DNA from: Phreatobacter sp.
GTDB taxonomy: Bacteria > Pseudomonadota > Alphaproteobacteria > Rhizobiales > Phreatobacteraceae
Direction: 5' to 3'
NCBI GenBank assembly: GCA_965284145.1
Contig: CBDIRH010000003.1
Location: 569,502-633,501 of the forward strand
Length of the DNA stretch: 64,000 nt
A model generated the notes under the pieces. It was not told the origin of the DNA, did not search any database, and saw nothing but the letters and a program-made list of their open reading frames with translations. Made by a program: the position numbers and the translations under genes. Shown one piece after another: positions 9,334 to 20,775 of the stretch (position 1 is the first letter of the stretch; each line of letters starts with the position of its first letter).

Positions 9334-12271
9334 ATGCCCCGCAAGCGCGACGATGACCGTCCGGCCCCCAGCCGGACGACGAAACCGATTCAGAGGCCAC
9401 CACCGCGACGGTGAAGGCGACGAAGGCAAAGGCCGCAGCGACCAAGCCGGCCACCGCGAAGACATCCGTCAAGGCCGCCGTGAGCGCGCCGAAGGCCGTG
9501 AAGCCCAAGGCGACGAAGGCCGCCGAGGCCAAGCCCGCAGCAGCCAAGCCCGCCAAGGCCCCGAAGGCCGCGACGAAGGTGGCCAAGGCGGAGGCCCCCG
9601 CCGTTCCGATCGAGACCGCAACGAAGACCGCGAAGCCGAAGGCCGCGACTGCCGCTGCCAAGACGACCAAAGCCGCTGCGACCAAGGCCACCACAGCCAA
9701 GGCATCCGCCGCCAAGACGTCCAGCGCCGAGACGCCCGCCACCAAGCCGGCCGCCAGCCGCGCCAAGGCGAAGGCCCCGAAGGCCGAGGCCGCTGCGGTC
9801 GGGACGGCCGAGGCCGCTGCCGCGCCGGCCGCCGTCGAGGCCGAGACTGTCGCCGCAAAGCCGGCCAAGGCTGCTAAGGCCGCCCGCAAGGGCCGCGCTG
9901 TCGCCGAGGAGAGCTACGACCCGATCGACGTGCCGGGCGATGTCCCCGCCTTCCTCGACGACATCGACGAGGATCCGGTGGTGAAGGCCCTCGCCCGCGA
10001 GGCCGGGATCGACAAGAAGAAGCAGCATGCCGGGCGGGCGCGTGACGAAGAGCGGCCGCGCCGCTTCGACCGCGACGACCGGCCGAAGCGCGACTTCGGC
10101 GAGGAGCGTGGCAAGCGCGACCGCAATTCCGTTCCGCGCGAGCGCGATCGGTCCTTCGAGCCGGTCAACCGCGGCGAGGAGCGCATTGCCCGCGTGCTGG
10201 CCCGTGCCGGCCTCTGCTCGCGCCGCGAGGCGGAGGAGTGGATCGAGGCCGGCCGCGTCAGCGTCAATGGCACGGTGCTCGAGTCGCCGGCCGTCAACGT
10301 GACGGAACGCGATGTCGTGCTGGTCGACGGCGAGAGGCTGCCGGAGCGCGAGCGCACCCGCCTGTGGCTCTATCACAAGCCGGCTGGCCTCGTGACCACG
10401 ACCAGCGACCCGGAAGGTCGCCCGACCATCTTCGACCGCCTGCCGGAGGATCTGCCGCGGGTCGTCACCGTCGGTCGCCTCGACATCAACACCGAGGGGC
10501 TTCTGCTGCTCACCAATGACGGTGGCCTTGCCCGTGTGCTCGCCCTGCCGGCGACCGGCTGGCTCAGGCGCTACCGCGTGCGTGCCCATGGCAGCGTCGA
10601 TCAGGCAACGCTCGACCGGCTGCGCCAGGGCATCGAGGTGGATGGCATCGAGTACGGGCCGATCGAGGCCGAACTCGATCGCGTGCAGGGATCCAACAGC
10701 TGGCTCACCCTGTCGCTGCGCGAGGGCAAGAACCGCGAAGTCAAGAACGTCCTCGGCGCCATCGGGCTCGACGTGAACCGCCTTATCCGCGTCTCCTTCG
10801 GGCCGTTCCAGCTCGGCGAGCTGCCGGAGGGCGAGGTGGACGAAATCAGGACTCGCGTGCTGCGCGACCAGCTCGGCGAGGAGCTTTCGGAGCTCGCCGG
10901 CGTCGAGTTCGACCGACCGGTCTTCGAGAAGATCGGCGAGCGCGAGGAGCGCGGCGGTCGCAAGGGCCGCCCCGAGGGCCGCCCGGAGCGCGGTGCCCGT
11001 CCGGCCCGCTTCGAGGATCGTGGCGAGCGTCCGGGCCGTTTCGGCGACCGGGAGGACCGGCCCAAGCGTTTCGGCGACCGCGACGCGCGGCCGGGCCGTT
11101 TCGCGCGGGACGACGATCGCGGCGGGCGCTTCGGCCGTGACCGGGACGATGATCGTTCCGCCGGCAAGAGCCCGGAGCATCGCTTCGGCAACCGGCCGCG
11201 GGTCTGGCGCGACGGCGAGGCGGTCGACTTCGGGCCGCGCAACAAGGCCCGCCCCGGCTACAAGGGCGGACGCAGCGACGAGGCCGGCGAGCGCGACTTC
11301 AAGCGCGGCGCGCCGCTGACCGATTCCCGTGGCCGCCGCGTGCGGGTGGAGAAGGTCGGCGGCGACGAGGCGGGAGCCGAGCGTCGAGCGTTTCGAGAAG
11401 CGCCAGCTCTTCGCCGTGGACCCGCGATGAACGCCCGTTCCGCGATCGCGACGACCGCGGTGGCCGTGACTTCAAGCCGCGCGGCGACCGTCCGTTCCGC
11501 GACAGGGACGGCGATGCGCCACGTCGTGACTTCAAGCCCCGCGGTGATCGTCCGTTCCGCGACCGGGACGGCGATGCCCCGCGCGGCGACTTCAAGCCCC
11601 GCGGCGACCGGCCGTTCCGCGACCGCGACGGCGATGCCCCGCGCCGCGACTTCAAGCCCCGCGGCGACCGGCCGTTCCGCGACCGGGATGGCGACGCTCC
11701 GCGCGGCGACTTCAAGCCCCGCGGCGACCGGCCGTTCCGCGACCGGGATGGCGATGCTCCACGCGGCGACTTCAAGCCCCGCGGCGACCGTCCGTTCCGC
11801 GACCGGGACGGCGATGCACCGCGCCGCGACTTCAAGCCCCGCGGCGATCGTCCGTTCCGCGACAGGGACGGCGATGCACCGCGCCGCGACTTCAAGCCCT
11901 GGGGCGACCGCGATGACCGGGGCGGCGGACGCGATTTCAAGCCGCGCGGCGAGCGCAGCTTCGGCGACCGGCCGGACGGTGACCGTCCGCGCGGCGGCAA
12001 GCCCTTCGGCGGCAAGAGCTTCGGCGACCGTCCGTCCGGTGGGCGTTCGTTCGGCGACCGTCCGTCGGGCGGCAAGTCGTACGGCGACCGGCCCTCGGGC
12101 GAGCGTTCCTTCGGCGGCAAGCCCTCGGGTGGCAAGAGCTTCGGCGGTGGCCGCGGCGACCGCCCCTATGGCGATCGTCCGTCGGGCGGCAAGAGCTTCG
12201 GCGGCAAGCCGGGGGGCAAGCCCTTCGGCAAGCCGGGTGGTCGCCCCGGCGGGGGCAAGCGGGACCGCTAG
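9334..12271 (+). CDS. rluB: RluB-family pseudouridine synthase with very long low-complexity N- and C-terminal extensions (frameshifts near 9365 and 11400)
   Basis: S4 domain ERIARVLARAGLCSRREAE, then YHKPAG, catalytic GRLD and EGKNREV. The repeat-rich tail reads sensibly in a different frame and ends at TAG 12269-12271, 3 nt before rsmD. The start at 9334 is inferred across an indel. Confidence 0.88.
11007..11156 (+). repeat. Degenerate 30-bp coding repeat x5 (RFGDRxxRPG-like)
   Basis: Translates RFEDRGERPG RFGDREDRPK RFGDRDARPG RFARDDDRGG RFGRDRDDDR. Confidence 0.7.
11465..11910 (+). repeat. 60-bp tandem repeat, 7 full copies plus a partial copy, encoding (R/G)DFKPRGDRPFRDRDGDAPR
   Basis: The 60-nt lines from 11461 to 11881 align column by column; differences are mostly at third codon positions of this frame. 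Confidence 0.97.
12017..12136 (+). repeat. 30-bp coding repeat x4 (S-F/Y-G-D-R-P-S-G-G-K/R)
   Basis: Translates SFGDRPSGGR SFGDRPSGGK SYGDRPSGER SFGGKPSGGK; further degenerate copies flank it. Confidence 0.85.
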
Positions 12272-12274
12272 CCC

Positions 12275-12829
12275 TTGCGTATCGTCGGCGGCAAGTTTCG
12301 CGGGCGCAGCCTGCTCGGACCGAAGTCGGACGCGATCCGCCCGACGTCGGACCGGCTGCGCGAGAGCCTGTTCAACGTGCTCGCCCATGGCTATGGCGAC
12401 CCGTGCGACGGCGCACGGGTCATCGATCTCTTCGCCGGCACCGGCGCGCTGGGGCTCGAGGCCCTGTCGCGCGGGGCCCTCTATGCCGCCTTCGTCGACC
12501 AGAGCGCCGAGGCGCGTGGGCTGATCCGCGGCAATGTCGACGCCATGGGACTGTCGGGCGTCACCGGCCTGCTCAAGCGCGATGCGACCAAGCTCGGCGC
12601 GCTGGCGCCATTCGAGCCTTTCACGCTGATGTTCTGCGATCCGCCCTACCGCAAGGGGCTGGCCGAAAGGGCTCTGGAGAGCGCGCGCAGTGGCGGCTGG
12701 CTCACCAGCGATGCTCTGGTGGTCGTCGAGGAGGCGGCGGATGTCACGGTCGCGATCCCGACCGGGTTCGCCCTGGAAGAGCGACGGGAGGCTGGCGAGA
12801 CGCAGCTTCTGTTCCTGCGTCCCGCCTGA
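12275..12829 (+). CDS. rsmD: 16S rRNA m2G966 methyltransferase RsmD
   Basis: MRIVGGKFRG, RPTSDRLRESLFN, DLFAGTGALGLEALSRG and DPPY. TTG start. Confidence 0.95.
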   Translation: MRIVGGKFRGRSLLGPKSDAIRPTSDRLRESLFNVLAHGYGDPCDGARVIDLFAGTGALGLEALSRGALYAAFVDQSAEARGLIRGNVDAMGLSGVTGLLKRDATKLGALAPFEPFTLMFCDPPYRKGLAERALESARSGGWLTSDALVVVEEAADVTVAIPTGFALEERREAGETQLLFLRPA

Positions 12830-12838
12830 ATTCTCGCC

Positions 12839-13249
12839 CTACTTCTTCAGAAGATCTCGGATCTCCGTCAGCAGCACCACGTCGGCTGGCGGCGCCGGCG
12901 GCTCGGCCGGTGCGGAGGCTTCCTGACGCTTCAGCCTGTTCATGCCCTTCACCACCATGAACATGACCGCCGCGATGATCATGAAGTTGATGGCGATGGT
13001 GATGAAGCGGCCATAGGCGATGACGGCGCCCTGCTTCTGCGCATCGGCGAGATTGGTGGCGGTGACCGACTTGCTCAGCGCCAGGAAGTAGTTGGTGAAG
13101 TCGAAACCGCCGATGGCGCCGAGGATCGGCATGAACAGGTCGCCGACGATCGATTCGACGATCTTGCCGAAGGCCGCGCCGATGATGACACCGACCGCGA
13201 GGTCGACGACGTTGCCCTTGAGGGCGAATTCCCTGAATTCCTTGAGCAC
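12839..13249 (-). CDS. mscL: Large-conductance mechanosensitive channel
   Basis: GTG start after AAGGAGG; [26 protein letters not shown]...LLTEIRDLL. Confidence 0.96.
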   Translation of the reverse strand: MLKEFREFALKGNVVDLAVGVIIGAAFGKIVESIVGDLFMPILGAIGGFDFTNYFLALSKSVTATNLADAQKQGAVIAYGRFITIAINFMIIAAVMFMVVKGMNRLKRQEASAPAEPPAPPADVVLLTEIRDLLKK

Positions 13250-13431
13250 TGGGTGGCCTCCTTCTGTGGCATGCCGGCAGCGGCACCGCCCGGTCACGAT
13301 CCGCGATGCGGGTGGGGAAGGCAATGCCCTTCCGTTGGGGAATGCCATGCGCTGGTGGACAGTCACGTGCCCGGCGTGATGAACTCCCAGTCCCACCAGA
13401 GGGGCGGCCGTGCCGCCGTGAATGCGCACCC

Positions 13432-16400
13432 ATGAGCATGGGCTTCGTCATCATCCTGACCGCGCTCGCCTATCTTGGCGCGCTGTTCGTCGTCGCCTAT
13501 TGGGGCGATCGCCGACGGGTGCAGGAAAAGGCCATCCGGCAAAGCCAGACCTGGATCTATCCCCTGTCGCTCGCCGTCTACTGCACGTCCTGGACCTTCT
13601 TCGGGTCGGTGGGTCTGGCCTCGCGCAGCGGTTTCGACTTTCTCGCCATCTATGTCGGGCCCATGCTGCTCTTCGCACTGTTCTGGCCCCTCGTCAGGCG
13701 GGTCGTTCGGATCGCCAAGGCGCAGAACATCACGTCGATCGCCGACTTCATCGGAGCGCGCTACGGCAAGAGCCAGGCGGTGGCGGCCATGGTCTGCCTC
13801 ATCGTCACGGTCGGCACGGTGCCCTATGTCGCCCTCCAGCTGAAGGCTGTCTCGTCGTCGCTGATGACCACGATCAGGCCGGACGAGATCGTCAACGTCA
13901 CCCAGGAACTGCCCTTCTTCGGTGATCTCGCCCTCGTGGTGGCTATGTCGATGGCCGCCTTCGCCATGCTGTTCGGCACCCGCCATGCCGATGCGACCGA
14001 GCACCAGGACGGCCTGATCCTGGCGGTGGCGACGGAGTCCATCGTCAAGCTCGTCTGCTTCCTCGCCATCGGCCTCTACACCACCTACGTGATGTTCAAC
14101 GGCTTTTCCGACCTGTTCGGCAAGGCGCTGGCGAGGCCGGACATCGTCAGTTCGGTGCTGCGCTGGCCGGACCTCTCCACCTTCTTCACGATGAGCGTGC
14201 TGTCGTTTTCGTGCGGCATCCTGCTGCCGCGCATGTTTCACGTCGGCGTCGTGGAGAACCACTCGGAGACCGAGATCCGCCGTGCCGCCTGGCTCTTTCC
14301 GCTCTATCTCGTGCTGATCAACATCTTCGTGGTGCCGATCGCCGTGGCCGGCCTCCTGGTCTTCCCGCCAGGCTCGATGGACAGCGACATGACGGTCGTG
14401 GCGTTGCCCCTGTCGCGCGGCAACGAGATTCTGACCCTCGCGGCCTTCATCGGCGGCCTCTCGGCCGCGACCGCCATGGTCATCGTCGCCTCCGTCGCCC
14501 TGTCGATCATGATCTCCAACGACGTGGTCATTCCCTCGCTGCTGAACTTCCGCGGCCGGCTCCTCGCCGGCGAGAGTTCGGCCGAGGATCGCAGCGACCT
14601 CGGCCCGACGATCCTGATGATCCGCCGCACCATCATCTTCGCGGTGATGATCGCGGCCTATCTCTACTACCGCGTCGCCGGCGAGGCGCAGCTCGCCTCC
14701 ATCGGCCTCCTGTCCTTCGCCGCCGTCACCCAGCTCGCCCCAGCCTTCTTCGGCGGGCTTTTCTGGCGGCGGGCCAATGCCGGCGGCGCCGTGACCGGCA
14801 TGGCGGCCGGCCTTGCCGTGTGGGGCTATACGCTGCTCGTACCGATGCTCACCACGACCGGCGCCCTGCCGGCGTCCATCGTCACGCTCGGCCCCCTCGG
14901 CATCGATGCCCTCAGGCCGCAGAATCTCTTCGGTCTCGTCGATCTCGCGCCTCTCGCTCACGGCGTCTTCTGGTCGCTGCTGGTCAACGTGACGCTGTTC
15001 GTCGGCGTCTCGCTGTGGCGGCGGCCATCGGCCATCGAACTTCTTCAGGCCAAGGTCTTCGTGCCGTCCCCCCAGTCCGACTACGCGCCGAGTTTCCGGC
15101 TCTGGCGCAGCGCGGTGACGGTGGAAGAGGTTCGCTCGACGGTCGCCCGCTATCTCGGCGCCGAGCGAACCCATGCCGCCTTTGCCAGCTATGCCGTGGA
15201 GAACGGCGTCCCCCTCGAGGGGCAGGCCGAGGCCGACATCGACCTGCTGCGATATTCGGAACGGCTTCTCGCCTCGGCGATCGGTACCGCCTCCTCGCGC
15301 CTCGTGCTGTCGCTGCTCCTCAAGAAGCGGTCCGTCTCGACCACCGACGCGCTCAAGCTGCTCGACGATGCCAACGCCGCGATGCAGTACAATCGCGAGG
15401 TCCTGCAGACCGCGCTCGAGCACGCCCGGCAAGGCGTCAGCGTCTTCGACGCCGATGGCAAGCTGATGGTGTGGAACAGGCCGTTTGCCGAGGTTCTCGC
15501 TCTTCCTTCGGAAACGCTGCATATCGGCGCAGGTTTTGACAAGATCCTCCGGGCACTGGCGGTCCGCGGCGAGTTCGGCCCAGGCGACATCGACAAGCTG
15601 GTTTCGGAACGCGCGGGACGCCTTCTCAGCGCGGAGGAACCCCAGATCGAGCGCCTCTCCATGCTGGGCCTCTTCATCGAGGTACGCGCGGCGCGGCTGC
15701 CGGACGGCGGCATCGTCACCACCTACACCGACGTGACCGCCAGCGTCGCTGCCGCCGAGGAACTGGAGCGGGCCAACGAGACGCTCGAGCGGCGCGTGCG
15801 CGAGCGCACCGAGGAACTCACCCGCCTCAACGCCGAGCTGGCCCAGGCCAAGCAGGAAGCGGACGAGGCGAACCTGTCCAAGACGCGCTTCCTGGCAGCG
15901 GCCAGCCACGACATCCTGCAGCCGCTGAATGCCGCGCGCCTCTATACGACGAGCCTGGTCGAGCGGCGCGCCGAGGGCGACGACCGGCGCCTCGTCGACA
16001 ATGTCGACGCCTCGCTGGAGGCGGTCGAGGAGATCCTCGGCGCCCTGCTCGACATTTCACGCCTCGATGCCGGCGCCATGAAGCCGGAGATCGCAAGCTT
16101 CCGGATCGACGAGCTGTTCCGCCAGCTCGCGGTCGAATTCGCGCCGCTGGCCCAGCAGAAGGGTCTGAAGCTCTGCTTCGTGCCGACCAGCCTCGCCGTC
16201 CACTCCGACCGCAGGCTGCTGCGACGCCTGCTGCAGAACCTCGTGTCCAACGCGATCAAGTACACGGGCTCCGGCGGCGTCCTCGTCGGCTGCCGCCGCC
16301 GCGGCAAGAAGCTGTCGCTGGAGGTGCACGATACCGGCCCCGGCATTCCCCAGGCCAAGCAGAGGATCATCTTCCAGGAGTTCCAACGGCTCGAGCAGGG

Positions 16401-16977
16401 CGCCAAGATCGCCCGCGGCCTCGGGCTCGGCCTGTCGATCGTCGAGCGTATCGCCCGCGTGCTGGAGCACCGGCTCACCGTGAAGTCCAAGGTCGGCCGG
16501 GGGTCCTCCTTCGCCGTCGTCGTGCCGATCGCCCCGGCGCTGCCGGCGGCCGCGCCCGGACCGCAGCAGGCGCCTATCGCTGCGGCCCCGCTCGACGGCC
16601 TGACCGTCCTGGCCATCGACAACGAACCCAAGATCCTCGAGGGCATGCAGGTGCTGCTGACCGGCTGGGGATGCGACACCATGGTGGCTGCCGGCTGGCA
16701 CGAGGCGCACGACATCCTCAACGAGCGCCAGATCGCCCCCGACGTCGTGATCGTCGACTACCACCTCGACGAGGGCAACGGCTTCGACGTCGTGACGCAG
16801 CTTCGCTGGCGCTTCGGCCTCGGCCTGCCGGCGGTCCTCATCACGGCGGATCGCAGCCAGGAGGTCCGCGAGATGGCCGTGGCGCGGAACGTCCACCTCC
16901 TGAACAAGCCGGTGAAGCCGGCGGCGCTCCGCGCCCTCCTCGCCCAGTGGCGGGTGCGCAAGCAGGCCGCCGAATAG
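13432..16977 (+). CDS. SLC5/sodium:solute symporter-fused hybrid histidine kinase (CrbS/PrlS-like)
   Basis: N-terminal multi-TM region ([16 protein letters not shown]), STAC-like segment, PAS, H-box [30 protein letters not shown] and a C-terminal REC domain. Confidence 0.9.
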   Translation: MSMGFVIILTALAYLGALFVVAYWGDRRRVQEKAIRQSQTWIYPLSLAVYCTSWTFFGSVGLASRSGFDFLAIYVGPMLLFALFWPLVRRVVRIAKAQNITSIADFIGARYGKSQAVAAMVCLIVTVGTVPYVALQLKAVSSSLMTTIRPDEIVNVTQELPFFGDLALVVAMSMAAFAMLFGTRHADATEHQDGLILAVATESIVKLVCFLAIGLYTTYVMFNGFSDLFGKALARPDIVSSVLRWPDLSTFFTMSVLSFSCGILLPRMFHVGVVENHSETEIRRAAWLFPLYLVLINIFVVPIAVAGLLVFPPGSMDSDMTVVALPLSRGNEILTLAAFIGGLSAATAMVIVASVALSIMISNDVVIPSLLNFRGRLLAGESSAEDRSDLGPTILMIRRTIIFAVMIAAYLYYRVAGEAQLASIGLLSFAAVTQLAPAFFGGLFWRRANAGGAVTGMAAGLAVWGYTLLVPMLTTTGALPASIVTLGPLGIDALRPQNLFGLVDLAPLAHGVFWSLLVNVTLFVGVSLWRRPSAIELLQAKVFVPSPQSDYAPSFRLWRSAVTVEEVRSTVARYLGAERTHAAFASYAVENGVPLEGQAEADIDLLRYSERLLASAIGTASSRLVLSLLLKKRSVSTTDALKLLDDANAAMQYNREVLQTALEHARQGVSVFDADGKLMVWNRPFAEVLALPSETLHIGAGFDKILRALAVRGEFGPGDIDKLVSERAGRLLSAEEPQIERLSMLGLFIEVRAARLPDGGIVTTYTDVTASVAAAEELERANETLERRVRERTEELTRLNAELAQAKQEADEANLSKTRFLAAASHDILQPLNAARLYTTSLVERRAEGDDRRLVDNVDASLEAVEEILGALLDISRLDAGAMKPEIASFRIDELFRQLAVEFAPLAQQKGLKLCFVPTSLAVHSDRRLLRRLLQNLVSNAIKYTGSGGVLVGCRRRGKKLSLEVHDTGPGIPQAKQRIIFQEFQRLEQGAKIARGLGLGLSIVERIARVLEHRLTVKSKVGRGSSFAVVVPIAPALPAAAPGPQQAPIAAAPLDGLTVLAIDNEPKILEGMQVLLTGWGCDTMVAAGWHEAHDILNERQIAPDVVIVDYHLDEGNGFDVVTQLRWRFGLGLPAVLITADRSQEVREMAVARNVHLLNKPVKPAALRALLAQWRVRKQAAE

Positions 16978-16983
16978 GTCCGG

Positions 16984-17943
16984 TCAGCCGGCGCAGGCCT
17001 CCGCCATGAAGCCCCCGATCCGGTCGAGGCAGCGGTCGCTGTTGGAGCCGGGGAAGCCGATGAAGACGTGGCAGCCGGCCGGGTAGACTTCCAGTTCGGC
17101 CCGGGAGCCGGCCGCAGCCCAGCGGGGCGCCATGAACAGCGTGTCGTCGAGCAGCGGATCGCGCGAGCCGACGGTGAAGAGAGCCGGCGGCATGCCGGCG
17201 AGATCGGCATGGAGCGGCGAGATGTCCGGGCTGCGGACATCGCCGCCGCGCACCAGGAAGTGGCGCACGAACATCTCGATGTCGCGGGTGTTGAGCACGA
17301 GCTTCTCGGCCCCCCAGCGGCGGACCGAGGGCGTCAGGGCGAGATCGTAGCAGCCGGCGTGCAGGTTGGCGCCGTGGAAGGGCATGATGCCATGACGGTC
17401 GCGCAGCCTGAGGAGGGTCACGACCGAGAGGTGCGCGCCGGCGCTCTCTCCGCCGATCACCATGCGGTCGGTGCCGAACAGGCTCCTGGCCTCGCGGGCG
17501 ATCCAGAGCGCGGCGGTCTCGCAGTCGTCCGGCCCCATGGGATAGGGATGCTCCGGCGCGAGGCGGTAGTCGACGGACACGCAGGCCATGTCGTTGCGGT
17601 CGGCGAAACGTTCCAGCCAGGGGTCCTGCTGGTCGACGCTGCCAAGCACCCAGCCGCCGCCGTGGATGTGAAAATAGACGCCCTTCGGCCTCTCGGGAGC
17701 GATGATGCGCAGGCCGATCGGGCCATGGCGGCCGTCAATCGTCATGGTCCTGGCGCGCGGCGACAGCACCGGCGCGGGGAAAGCGCCGCGACCCTCGCGC
17801 CGCATCTGGCGGATCGTGGCGGGCGGATGGGCCCAGCTGTCCCAGTCCTCGAGGCGCTTGAGGATGGCGGCGTTGACCGCCAGCGCGTCGGCGGGTGCAT
17901 TCGCCGGGTCGAAGGCAGGAGAGAGGGTGCTCAGGTCGATCAT
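16984..17943 (-). CDS. Alpha/beta hydrolase (HSL-family esterase)
   Basis: HGGG, DYRLAPEH, GESAG, DPLLDD and a catalytic His (CHVF). Confidence 0.9.
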   Translation of the reverse strand: MIDLSTLSPAFDPANAPADALAVNAAILKRLEDWDSWAHPPATIRQMRREGRGAFPAPVLSPRARTMTIDGRHGPIGLRIIAPERPKGVYFHIHGGGWVLGSVDQQDPWLERFADRNDMACVSVDYRLAPEHPYPMGPDDCETAALWIAREARSLFGTDRMVIGGESAGAHLSVVTLLRLRDRHGIMPFHGANLHAGCYDLALTPSVRRWGAEKLVLNTRDIEMFVRHFLVRGGDVRSPDISPLHADLAGMPPALFTVGSRDPLLDDTLFMAPRWAAAGSRAELEVYPAGCHVFIGFPGSNSDRCLDRIGGFMAEACAG

Positions 17944-18055
17944 GGTTCATCCGCCGCATTGGGGTGGCGATGAAACCCCGCCAGCGGGCGCACCGCAAGC
18001 CTGACCTCGGCATCGATGGCTCCCGCTCCGCCAAGGGCTCGGCTAGGATCGCGCC

Positions 18056-18958
18056 ATGACCGACGACCCCACGCCAAAGCGTGACCTGACCGTTCCCTCC
18101 CTCGGGCTTGTCCTTGGCGGCGGTGGCGCCAAGGGGCTTGCCCACATCCTCGTCATCGAGGCGCTGGACGAGCTCGGCCTCAGGCCGGCCGAGGTTGCCG
18201 GCACCTCCATCGGCGCGATCATCGGCGCCTGCTATTGCTCCGGCATGAGCGGGCGCGACATGCGCGCCTATGCTCTCGACGCGCTCAGGATGAAGCCGGA
18301 GGTCCTGCGCCGTCTCTTCGCCGCGCGCGTCGGGCGCTTCTCCGACCTGTTGCGCTCAGGCCTGACCAACCCGGTGCTGGTCGATCCGGAGCGGCTGCTC
18401 GCGGCCTTCCTGCCGCCCTCCCTGCCCGAGAGCTTCGCGGATCTGGTCATTCCGCTGACCGTCGTCGCGACCGACTATTACGAGCGGATCGATGTCGGTT
18501 TCTCGGAGGGACCCCTCCTGCCGGCGGTGGCGGCCTCGATGGCGATCCCCGGCGCGTTGCGCCCCGTGCTGCACCGGGGCCGCGTACTTATCGACGGCGG
18601 GACGATCAATCCCGTGCCGGTGGACCGCGTCCGCACCCAGGTGACGCTCGCCGTGGACGTGCTGAACGGCACGGGAACGGCGCAGGAAATCAACGACGTC
18701 ATTCCCGACCCGTGGGATGCGCTGTTCGGATCGGTGACGCTGATGATGCAGGTGCTGAGCGCCGCGCGGCTGGAGGCACACCGGCCGACCATCCATCTGC
18801 GGCCACCGGTCGATGATTTCCGCGTTCTCGACTTCTTCCGCGTGAAGGAGATCTTCGCCGCCTGCGAACCTATCAAGGACCAGGTGAAACGGCGTCTCGA
18901 CATGGTGCTCGGCTCCAGCCCCGCGGTGCTGCTCGATGCACCGGGAAGCCGGGACTAG
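18056..18958 (+). CDS. Patatin-like phospholipase
   Basis: GGGGAKG, GTSIG, ASMAIPG and DGG motifs. Confidence 0.9.
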   Translation: MTDDPTPKRDLTVPSLGLVLGGGGAKGLAHILVIEALDELGLRPAEVAGTSIGAIIGACYCSGMSGRDMRAYALDALRMKPEVLRRLFAARVGRFSDLLRSGLTNPVLVDPERLLAAFLPPSLPESFADLVIPLTVVATDYYERIDVGFSEGPLLPAVAASMAIPGALRPVLHRGRVLIDGGTINPVPVDRVRTQVTLAVDVLNGTGTAQEINDVIPDPWDALFGSVTLMMQVLSAARLEAHRPTIHLRPPVDDFRVLDFFRVKEIFAACEPIKDQVKRRLDMVLGSSPAVLLDAPGSRD

Positions 18959-20744
18959 CGCCGGCCGAAGAGCCTCTCGACATCGCCGAGCGACAGGGCC
19001 ACGGAGGTCGGCCTGCCGTGGTTGCACTGGGCAGAGCCCGGGGTCGCCTCCATCTCGCGCAGCAGGGCGTTCATCTCGGCGGGGCGGAGCAGGCGTCCTG
19101 CCCGCACCGAGCCATGGCAGGCCATGGTGGAGGCGACGTGCAGCAGCCGCTGCTCCAGAGCGAGCAGGCGGTGTCCCATTCGGCGAGGTGATCGGCGATG
19201 TCGCGCACCAGCGCCTCGGCGTCCACCTCCCCGAGCAGGGCGGGTGTCTCGCGCACCACCACCGCGCCAGCGCCGAAGCCCTCGATGATGAGGCCAAAGC
19301 CGGCGAGATCGGCGGATCGCTCGACGAGCCTGGCGGCATCGTCGGGGTCGAGTTCAACGACGACGGGAATGAGCAGCGCCTGGCGGGCGATCCCCGTCTC
19401 CGCCATCTGCCGCTTCAACCGCTCGTAGACCAGGCGTTCATGCGCCGCGTGCTGGTCGACGATCACCAGACCGTCCCGGGTCTGCGACAGGATGTAGGTG
19501 CCGTGGATCTGGGCCCGCGCCGCGCCGAGGGGCCGGTCGAGGTCTTCGGCCTCCGGCGGTGCCTGCGAGGCGCGCGCATCGGCAGAGGGTGCAAGGTCCA
19601 TGGCGAAGGCCGCTTGTGCCGCCTCCGAGAACCCAGCCGCCGGAGCGGCTGCCTGCCGCCAGTTCCAGCGTGGCAGGCCGCCACCGGCATGCGCCGCAGG
19701 GCGGAACGCCTCGATGGTGGCGACGCCAAGCGTGGTCGCCGTGGTCGGCGCGGCGGCTGCGATGGCCTCGCGGATGGCCGCGACGATCAGGCCCCGGACC
19801 AGCGCCGAGTCGCGGAAGCGGACCTCGGTCTTGGCCGGGTGGACGTTGACGTCCACCTCGTGGGGGTCGAGTTCGAGGAAGAGCGCCACGGCGGGCTGGC
19901 GGTCGCGCGGCATCACATCGGCATAGGCGCCGCGGACGGCGCCGAGCACCAGGCGGTCGCGGATCGGCCGGCCGTTGACGAAGAGGAACTGGCTCGCCGC
20001 GGTCGCCTTGCCGAAGGTCGGCAGCCCGGCGAAACCGAACAGCCGGACCCCATTGCGGCTGACGTCGAGCCCCATGGCGTTCTGCGCGAAGTCGCGGCCG
20101 GCAACCTCTCCGATCCGCGCGAGCAGGCCGGCCTCGCCGAAGGCCTGCGCATTGAAATGACGGGTCGTACCGCCCTCCTCCGCCAGCGAAAAGGCGACGG
20201 TCGGGTGCGACAGGGCGAGCCGCTTCACGACCTCGGCGACGGAAGCCGCCTCGGCGCGGTCGCTCTTGAGGAACTTCAGCCGGGCCGGCGTCGCCGCGAA
20301 GAGGTCCTCGATCTCGACGCGCGTTCCCGCCGCGAGCGCCGCCGGACGGCAATCGCCCTTGAGGCCGGCATCGACGGTCAGCGCCCATCCGTGCGGCTCC
20401 GAGGCGTGGCGGGTGGTGATGGTCAGCCGGGCGACGGCACCGATCGACGGCAGAGCCTCGCCGCGAAAGCCCAGGGTGCGGATATCGAGAAGGTCCTCGT
20501 CGTGCAGCTTCGACGTCGCATGTCGCTCGACGCAGAGGGCAAGGTCGTCCCGGGTCATGCCGCTGCCGTCATCGGCGACACGGATCAGCCGCCGCCCGCC
20601 CGCTGCGATGAGGATGTCGATACGCCCGGCGCCGGCGTCGAGGGCATTCTCGACCAGTTCCTTCACGGCCGCAGCCGGCCGCTCGATCACCTCGCCGGCG
20701 GCGATGCGGTTGACGACGCCTTCAGGTAGCTGGCGGACGGCCAT
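18955..20744 (-). CDS. mutL: DNA mismatch repair endonuclease MutL (frameshift near 19165)
   Basis: [17 protein letters not shown] and [12 protein letters not shown] in the main frame; ACHGS and CNHGRP in a second frame. Confidence 0.95.
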
Positions 20745-20775
20745 GGCCCGATCCTATCGCGCGTCGGCGCTGCCG

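Noticed and set aside
11465-11910. 60-bp repeat array as a CRISPR
   Set aside because: There are no unique spacers, the period is a multiple of 3 with mostly synonymous variation, it lies inside rluB, and no cas genes are present.
11430-12524. Ala/Thr/Ser repeat tail (AATSSPAATGRSATG) in the 1037-aa ORF
   Set aside because: This is the wrong frame after an indel. It would overlap rsmD by 250 nt, whereas the RDFKPRGD frame stops 3 nt before rsmD.
13363-15909. Long antisense ORFs (also 9390-11180, 18936-20729, 20266-22350, 24118-25740, 54328-55998)
   Set aside because: These are shadow ORFs expected in high-GC DNA opposite well-supported genes.
18955-20744. mutL loss as the cause of the window's frameshifts
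   Set aside because: Mismatch-repair loss gives scattered indels in homopolymers, not dense blocks through essential genes such as tadA.
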